NCBI GenBank assembly: GCA_019136035.1
Contig: JAGVUW010000553.1
Span: 1-29,701 of the forward strand
DNA length: 29,701 bases
From: Verrucomicrobiota bacterium
GTDB taxonomy: Bacteria > Verrucomicrobiota > Lentisphaeria > Oligosphaerales > JAFGRS01
Direction of reading: 5' to 3'
Part shown: positions 24,268 to 29,701 of the stretch, in pieces
Position numbering within the stretch: position 1 is the stretch's first letter
How the letters are laid out: every line of letters begins with the position of its first letter
Program-made: the position numbers and the translations under genes
Notes under the pieces: model-generated
Seen by the model: only the letters and a program-made list of their open reading frames with translations
Databases searched by the model: none
Told to the model about the DNA's origin: nothing

Positions 24268-26496
24268 ATGCCGTGCATCGAACGCCGCCTGCCCAGCGCC
24301 GGTGTCCTTCGCCTCGACTTCCTCGACGAGCGTGTCGTGCGCGTCCGCCTCGACCCGGCCGGGGAGTTCACCGACACCGGCCTTGATCGCTATGGCTTCA
24401 TCCTGCCACCGAGCGGCGAGCGCCCGGCGCTCAGCCTCAGCGGTGGCGACAGCGCCGGCCGGGCCGCGACGGCGGCGATGGCGGTGACCTGGGGCGGCGA
24501 CGGCGTCCTCCTCGAGGTCCACGACGCCGACGGGCGGCCGCGGCTGCGCCTCCAGAGCGCCACCCTCGCCAGCGTCGGCGCCGAGGTCGTCCTCGGCGTG
24601 GAGCCTGATGAGGACTGGGTCGGCTTCGGCGACCAGACCCGCGACCGGCTCTACCACCGCGGGCAGGTGGCCGACTGCCACGTCCGCAACGTCACCTCGT
24701 ACATCCCGGTGCCGTTCTTCATGAGCACCGCCGGCTACGGCGTCGTGGTCAACACGACGCGCCGCGTCGTCTTCGACCTGGCCCGGCGCGACCCCGCCGC
24801 CCTGAGCTGGCGCGACGGCCGCCGGGCCATCGACTTCTACGTCCTGATTGCGGACAGCTTCCGCGAGCTCCTCGATCTCTACACACGCCTCACCGGCCGG
24901 CCGAAACTGCCGCCGGAGTGGTCCTTCGGCCTCTGGTACATCTGCCGGACTCAGGCCAACGACTACGAGGCCGTCAACGACGCGGTGAACTTCCGCCGCG
25001 AGGGCATACCCTGCGACGTCATCGGCCTCGAGCCCGGCTGGATGCAGACGAACTACGACGGCTCCCTCAAGAAGGACTGGAGCCGCGAGCGCTTCCCGAT
25101 ACCGCCGTACTGCCTGAACGGCCCGCACAACTTCACCAATGCCCTGCGCCGTATGGGCTTCCACCTCGAGCTGTGGCTCTGCTGCGACTACGACCTCTCG
25201 TACGAGGCCGAACGCCGCATCGGCCAGCCCACGCCGAGCGACGAGCAGGCCCGCACCGCCACCTTCTTCCAGCCCGACGCCGAACACGACGAGCACTTCA
25301 GCGCGCCGCGCCGCGCCGATACCCTCACTCGACCCGAGGAGCCGTGGTTCCAGCACCTCCGGCGCTTCGTCGACCAGGGCGCCGAGTTCTTCAAGATGGA
25401 TGGCGCCTACCAGGTCCTCGATCACCCCGACCGCCTCTGGGGTAATGGCATGAGCGACGGCGAGATGCATAACCTCTACCCACTCCTCTACGCCCGTCAG
25501 ATGGTCGAGGGCTACGAGGCGCATACCGGCCGGCGTGGACTGGCCTTCACGCCCTGCGGCTGGGTTGGCTTCCAGGCCTGGGCCGGGACCTGGACCGGCG
25601 ATACCGGTGGCGGCCGCAAGACCCTCGGCGCCATGCTCAACACCGCCCTGGTCGGGCATAGCTGGTGCACCAACGACATGGAGGTCACTCAGAAAGAGGC
25701 CCTCCACGTCGGCTACCTCCTGCCCTGGGCGCAGATCAACAGTTGGAACTACTTCCGGATGCCGTGGGTGCAGGGCCAGGACCTCCTCGAGTCGCACCGC
25801 TTCTACGCCCGTCTGCGCGCCCAACTGATTCCCTACCTGTACGCCTGGGCCTGGCAGGCCACCCGCACCGGCTTCCCGCTGATCGCACCGCTGACCCTGG
25901 AGGCCTGCCGCGAGATCCTGACGCAGTACCTCCTCGGTCGCGACCTGATGGTCTGCGCCTTCGACCACGAGGCGACCTTCCCGACGGGCCGCTGGGCGGA
26001 CTTCTGGACCGGCGCGGTGGTGTCCGGCCCGGGCCGCCACGCCATCGACTGGCCGCATCACTGCGGCGGCGGCCTCTTCCTGCGCGAGGGGGCCATTGTG
26101 CCGATGGGGCCGGTCATGCAGTACCGCGGCGAACGCCCGCTGGACGAGGTCGAACTGCGGGTCTTCCCCGGGCCGCGCCCGTCGGCGTTCAGCCTCTACG
26201 AGGACGACGGCACCACCCTGGCCTGCCGTGATGGCGCCTTCGCCACCACGCTGATCACGATGACCGCCGGCGCCGAGGGCGTCGCCATCGAGATCGGCGA
26301 ACGCCAGGGCGCCTTCGCGGGCATGACGCCGACGCGGCGCTGGTCGCTGCGCGTGGCCGATCAGGCTGCCCGGCCAAGGGCGGTGACGGTGAATGGCCAG
26401 GAGCTGCCGCCGACGGCGTGGTCGCACGACCCGGCCCGCGCCGAGCTCGTCATCACCGACCTCCCGGCAACGGCCCGCATCGCCATCCGGCGCTGA
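24268..26496 (+). CDS. GH31 family glycoside hydrolase (alpha-glucosidase/xylosidase-like) with C-terminal beta domains
   Basis: LTGRPKLPPEWSFG, IPCDVIGLEPGW, FFKMDG nucleophile, HNLYPLLY, WTGDT acid/base, QYLLG, LYEDDG; GAGGAG RBS. Confidence 0.9.
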   Translation: MPCIERRLPSAGVLRLDFLDERVVRVRLDPAGEFTDTGLDRYGFILPPSGERPALSLSGGDSAGRAATAAMAVTWGGDGVLLEVHDADGRPRLRLQSATLASVGAEVVLGVEPDEDWVGFGDQTRDRLYHRGQVADCHVRNVTSYIPVPFFMSTAGYGVVVNTTRRVVFDLARRDPAALSWRDGRRAIDFYVLIADSFRELLDLYTRLTGRPKLPPEWSFGLWYICRTQANDYEAVNDAVNFRREGIPCDVIGLEPGWMQTNYDGSLKKDWSRERFPIPPYCLNGPHNFTNALRRMGFHLELWLCCDYDLSYEAERRIGQPTPSDEQARTATFFQPDAEHDEHFSAPRRADTLTRPEEPWFQHLRRFVDQGAEFFKMDGAYQVLDHPDRLWGNGMSDGEMHNLYPLLYARQMVEGYEAHTGRRGLAFTPCGWVGFQAWAGTWTGDTGGGRKTLGAMLNTALVGHSWCTNDMEVTQKEALHVGYLLPWAQINSWNYFRMPWVQGQDLLESHRFYARLRAQLIPYLYAWAWQATRTGFPLIAPLTLEACREILTQYLLGRDLMVCAFDHEATFPTGRWADFWTGAVVSGPGRHAIDWPHHCGGGLFLREGAIVPMGPVMQYRGERPLDEVELRVFPGPRPSAFSLYEDDGTTLACRDGAFATTLITMTAGAEGVAIEIGERQGAFAGMTPTRRWSLRVADQAARPRAVTVNGQELPPTAWSHDPARAELVITDLPATARIAIRR

Positions 26497-26529
26497 GCTG
26501 GGACTCGCAAAGGGAGGAGGGGATTCCAC

Positions 26530-26557
26530 CGCAGAGGACGCCGAGGGACGCAGAGGG
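26530..26557. repeat. 9-10-bp CGCAGAGG stutter
   Basis: CGCAGAGGA / CGCCGAGGGA / CGCAGAGGG at 26530, 26539, 26549. Confidence 0.6.
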
Positions 26558-26588
26558 GGGAGGGCCGTAAGACGCCCGACGGACGCGC

Positions 26589-26741
26589 GGGGTCAGTCCT
26601 CATAATTGCATTTAGCGCCCGCCGGAGCGCTTGACACGAAAGGGGTTTGGCCAGGGCGGCGCTCCGGGTTGCCTTACGTCGGACGCGCCCCGGGGCGCCG
26701 CAGGCTGGTTGCGGATAAATGCAATTACAAGGACTGACCCC
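26589..26741. mobile_element. MITE-like element, 153 bp, with 26-bp terminal inverted repeats
   Basis: Left GGGGTCAGTCCTCATAATTGCATTTA (26589-26614) versus right TAAATGCAATTACAAGGACTGACCCC (26716-26741): 24/26 complementary. No target-site duplication seen. Confidence 0.7.
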
Positions 26742-26762
26742 AAAGGGGACTATACGGGAGAA

Positions 26763-27746
26763 TCACGGCGACGCCGTGGCTCTCCCCAGGGCGCTCTCGA
26801 TGCCGGCCAGCTCTGCGGCGGTCAGGGCCGGCGCCGCCGCGGCGGCGGCGTTCTCGCGCATGTGCTCGAGGCTCTTCGAGCCGGCGATCACCGTCGAGAC
26901 GCCGGGGAAGGCCAGCGGGAACTGCAGGCAGGCCTGCGCCTGCGTGCGGCCGGGCCGGACCAGGAAGGCCAGGCGGCGGGCGGTCTCGGCACGCGCCGCC
27001 TTGGACTCCGCCGACTGCCAACTGCGGCGGTCCTGGGCGCTGAAGGCGGTCCCGGCGTCGATGGCGCCGGTCAGGAAGCCGGCGCCGAAGGCGCAGCGGG
27101 CGACGATGCCAATCCCGGCGGCCGCGGCGGCCGGCAGCAGGGCCGCCGTCACCGCGACGTCCGTCAGGCTGAGGCTGACCTGGAAGACGTCGATGCCGCC
27201 GCGCCCGACCAGGTCCAGGCCCATTGCCGGCGGGCCCAGGGAGACGCCGACCAGGCGGGCCTTGCCGTCGCGGCGGATCTGCGCCAGGGCCTCCAGGCAC
27301 TCGCCGGCGGCGATGTCGGCCGCGGACGGTCCGTGCAGGAGGTAGACATCGACGCGGTCCGTACGCAGGCGCCGCAGGCTCGCCTCGAGCTGCTGCAGGA
27401 GGTGCGCCTTGGAGAAGTCCTTGTAGTTGGTGCCGTCGGGGCGGAAGCCCTCGCCGCCCTTGGTTTCGATGATCCAGTCGTCACGCCGGTGTCCCTCGAG
27501 GGCGCGTCCGACGACCTCTTCGCTGTGGCCATTGCCATAGCCGGCGGCGGTGTCGAGGAAGTTGATGCCGAGGTCGCTGCAGGCGTGGATCAGCCGGACC
27601 GACTCGTCGTCATCGACCTCGCCCCAGCCATGTGAGATCCAGCCGAGGCTCTCGAAGTGCGCCCGCAGCGGCCCGCCGATCTCCCAGGCACCGAAACCGA
27701 TTTCGGAAACACGCAGGCCGGTCCTGCCCAGATCGCGATAGCGCAT
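26763..27746 (-). CDS. Aldo/keto reductase (327 aa)
   Basis: LGRTGLRVSEIGFG, GINFLDTAAGYG.GHSE, IETK, SLRRLRTDRVDVYLLH, GVS. Confidence 0.93.
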   Translation of the reverse strand: MRYRDLGRTGLRVSEIGFGAWEIGGPLRAHFESLGWISHGWGEVDDDESVRLIHACSDLGINFLDTAAGYGNGHSEEVVGRALEGHRRDDWIIETKGGEGFRPDGTNYKDFSKAHLLQQLEASLRRLRTDRVDVYLLHGPSAADIAAGECLEALAQIRRDGKARLVGVSLGPPAMGLDLVGRGGIDVFQVSLSLTDVAVTAALLPAAAAAGIGIVARCAFGAGFLTGAIDAGTAFSAQDRRSWQSAESKAARAETARRLAFLVRPGRTQAQACLQFPLAFPGVSTVIAGSKSLEHMRENAAAAAAPALTAAELAGIESALGRATASP

Positions 27747-27791
27747 CGACAGGTGCTCCTCTTGTTGCCGTGCCTCGCCGGACGCGGCCGG

Positions 27792-29519
27792 TCACTCGAC
27801 CATGATATCGCGGTGGCTGCCGCCGGACGGGATCATCGGCAGGACGTGCTCCTGGTACTCGACATGCACGTCGAGCAGGTAAGGGCCGTCGTGCGCCAGC
27901 ATCTCGCGGATGGCCGGCTCGAGCTCCGCCTGCGTCCAGACATCCCGCGCGGCGATGTTATACCCGGCCGCGATCATCGGGAAGTTCGGGTACGGCCGGT
28001 CGGCCTTGTCGCTGCGCAGCACTGTGTTGCCGCGGCGGCTGTGGTAGAAGCGGTCCTCCCACTGCGCCACCATGCCCAGGTGCTGGTTGTTCAGGATCAG
28101 CATCTTGACCGGGACGTCTTCGCAGTAGACCGTGCCGAGTTCCTGGATGTTCATCTGGAAGCTGCCGTCACCGTCGATGAGGATGACGGTGTCGCCGGGC
28201 CGGGCGATCTTGGCGCCGATGGCCGAGGGCAGCCCGAAGCCCATGGTGCCCAGGCCGCCCGAGGTCAGGAGCTGGCGTGGGCGCTCGAAGGTGTAGAACT
28301 GCGCCGCCCACATCTGGTGCTGGCCCACGCCCGTGACGATCGTCGCCTTGCCTTCGGTGATGCGGCAGAGGGCGTCGACCACCGCCTGCGGCAGGATCGC
28401 GTCGCGCTGGCGGTAGCTCAAGGGATGCTCGCGCTTCCAGGTGCGGATCTGCTCATGCCAGGCGGCGTAGTCCTGGTAGATCGGCTCCGCCATCAGCTTG
28501 CTCAGCAGGCTGCGCGCGTCGCAGACGATGCCGATGTCGGCACGCTTGTTCTTGTTGATCTCCGACGCGTCGATGTCGGCATGCACAATCGTCGCGCCGG
28601 TCGCGAAGGTCGCCACGTTGCCGGTGACGCGGTCGTCGTAGCGCACCCCGACGCCGATGAGCAGGTCGCACTCGTTAAGGGCGTAGCTGGCGTAGTAGGT
28701 GCCGTGCATGCCGGGCCACTTCAGACTCAGCGGGTGGCGCTCCGGGAAGGCGCCGACGCCCATCAGGCTGGTCACCACCGGCAGGTTGTAGCTCTCGGCC
28801 ACCTGCAGGAGCTCCTTCTCCGCGCCGCTGGCAATGACGCCGCCGCCGACGTACAGACAGGGGCGCTCTGACGCCCGTATCGCCGCCCGCAGACGCGCCA
28901 CGTCCGCGTCGGGGGCCTCGCTGCGCAGCGCGTACGAGAGCGGACACGGCCCTTCCGGGTAGCGCGGCACGATGAGCTTCTGCTGGACGTCCTTCGGGAT
29001 GTCCACCACCACCGGACCCGGCCGGCCGGAGCCGGCCAGGAAGAAGGCCTCGGCCAGGACCTCCGGGAGCTCCTCCGGCTTCAGCACCAGGTAGCTGTGC
29101 TTGACGATCGGCCGCGTGATGCCGATGATGTCCGTCTCCTGGAAGGCATTCTTGCCGATGAAGTGCTGCGAGACCTGGCCGGTGATCACCAGCAACGGGA
29201 CCGAGTCCATGTAGGCGTCGGCGATGCCGGTGACCAGGTTGGTGGCGCCGGGGCCGCTGGTGGCCATGCAGACGCCGGTCCGGCCGGTAGCGCGCGCGTA
29301 GCCGGCCGCCGCGAAGGCGCCGCCCTGCTCGTGACGCGGCAGGACCACTCGGATCGAGGAGTCGCGCAGGGCCTGGTGCAGCTCGATCGAGGCACCGCCC
29401 GGATAGGCGAAGAGCACCTCGACGCCGTGCTGCTCCAGACACCGCACCACCACCTCAGCGCCCTTGATCGCGGTCGTCGAACGAGCCGACCGTCTGCTCG
29501 CTGTCTTTGCCTCGGCCAT
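27792..29519 (-). CDS. ilvB: Acetolactate synthase large (catalytic) subunit
   Basis: FAYPGGASIELH, RHEQG, TSGPGATN, GPVVVDIPKD, TGVGQHQMW, TSGGLGTMGFGLP, ThDP motif DGDGSFQMNIQEL..LNN. Confidence 0.97.
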   Translation of the reverse strand: MAEAKTASRRSARSTTAIKGAEVVVRCLEQHGVEVLFAYPGGASIELHQALRDSSIRVVLPRHEQGGAFAAAGYARATGRTGVCMATSGPGATNLVTGIADAYMDSVPLLVITGQVSQHFIGKNAFQETDIIGITRPIVKHSYLVLKPEELPEVLAEAFFLAGSGRPGPVVVDIPKDVQQKLIVPRYPEGPCPLSYALRSEAPDADVARLRAAIRASERPCLYVGGGVIASGAEKELLQVAESYNLPVVTSLMGVGAFPERHPLSLKWPGMHGTYYASYALNECDLLIGVGVRYDDRVTGNVATFATGATIVHADIDASEINKNKRADIGIVCDARSLLSKLMAEPIYQDYAAWHEQIRTWKREHPLSYRQRDAILPQAVVDALCRITEGKATIVTGVGQHQMWAAQFYTFERPRQLLTSGGLGTMGFGLPSAIGAKIARPGDTVILIDGDGSFQMNIQELGTVYCEDVPVKMLILNNQHLGMVAQWEDRFYHSRRGNTVLRSDKADRPYPNFPMIAAGYNIAARDVWTQAELEPAIREMLAHDGPYLLDVHVEYQEHVLPMIPSGGSHRDIMVE

Positions 29520-29587
29520 GGTCCCAGTCCTCAGTGTTGATCGCGCTGCCCTGCCTCTACCACCCCCACCGGCGCGGGCGCGTATAT

Positions 29588-29623
29588 AAAAACGCCCTCG
29601 CCGTCATCTCGGCGGCGAGGGCG
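29588..29623 (-). terminator. Intrinsic terminator in the ilvB leader (probable attenuator)
   Basis: Minus strand: CGCCCTCGCCG - 9-nt loop - CGGCGAGGGCG (perfect 11-bp stem) then TTTTTATAT, about 70 nt upstream of the ilvB start. Confidence 0.8.
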
Positions 29624-29701
29624 CTGTCTGGTTCGTACCTCGGGGGCCTTCGGGTCCGCGGCGACCTCTCAGTCACTGCGACAGGAGACCCCGACAGCGG
29701 C

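Noticed and set aside
25880-25930. Possible small deletion in GH31 (LTLE-ACREILTQY looks short)
   Set aside because: The frame is intact and catalytic motifs are present; it cannot be judged without an alignment.

Overview
GC-rich bacterial chromosomal segment. A PVC/Lentisphaerota-like origin is inferred only from gene style, with low confidence. It carries housekeeping and metabolic genes: a glycerol-1-phosphate dehydrogenase family gene, rfbA, a cysK-like gene, dut, a divergent cobS-like gene, two identical tRNA-Asp(GTC), an orphan PilC/GspF, an AAC(3)-family acetyltransferase, ktrB-ktrA, the radical-SAM/HhH plus DUF4130 DNA-repair pair, valS, nfuA-like, ilvN, a GH31 glycosidase, an aldo/keto reductase and ilvB with an upstream terminator. 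The standout is 4865-6709. There an AT-rich island with repeated GTATAGTG motifs, flanked by a C-rich and a G-rich arm, precedes a sigma70-like promoter and a two-gene operon. The operon encodes a 108-aa winged-helix protein resembling TubR and a 365-aa divergent tubulin/FtsZ-superfamily GTPase resembling TubZ, which ends in a basic amphipathic helix. This looks like a type III (tubC-TubR-TubZ) partition module sitting in a chromosome, with no plasmid or phage genes nearby. Intergenic DNA holds several repeat types: a three-hairpin REPIN-like element in 3 copies (two bracket the DNA-repair pair in inverted orientation), a 153-bp MITE-like element with 26-bp terminal inverted repeats, and short-period stutter repeats at gene 3' ends. 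All family assignments come from motif recognition by eye; no database search was run.
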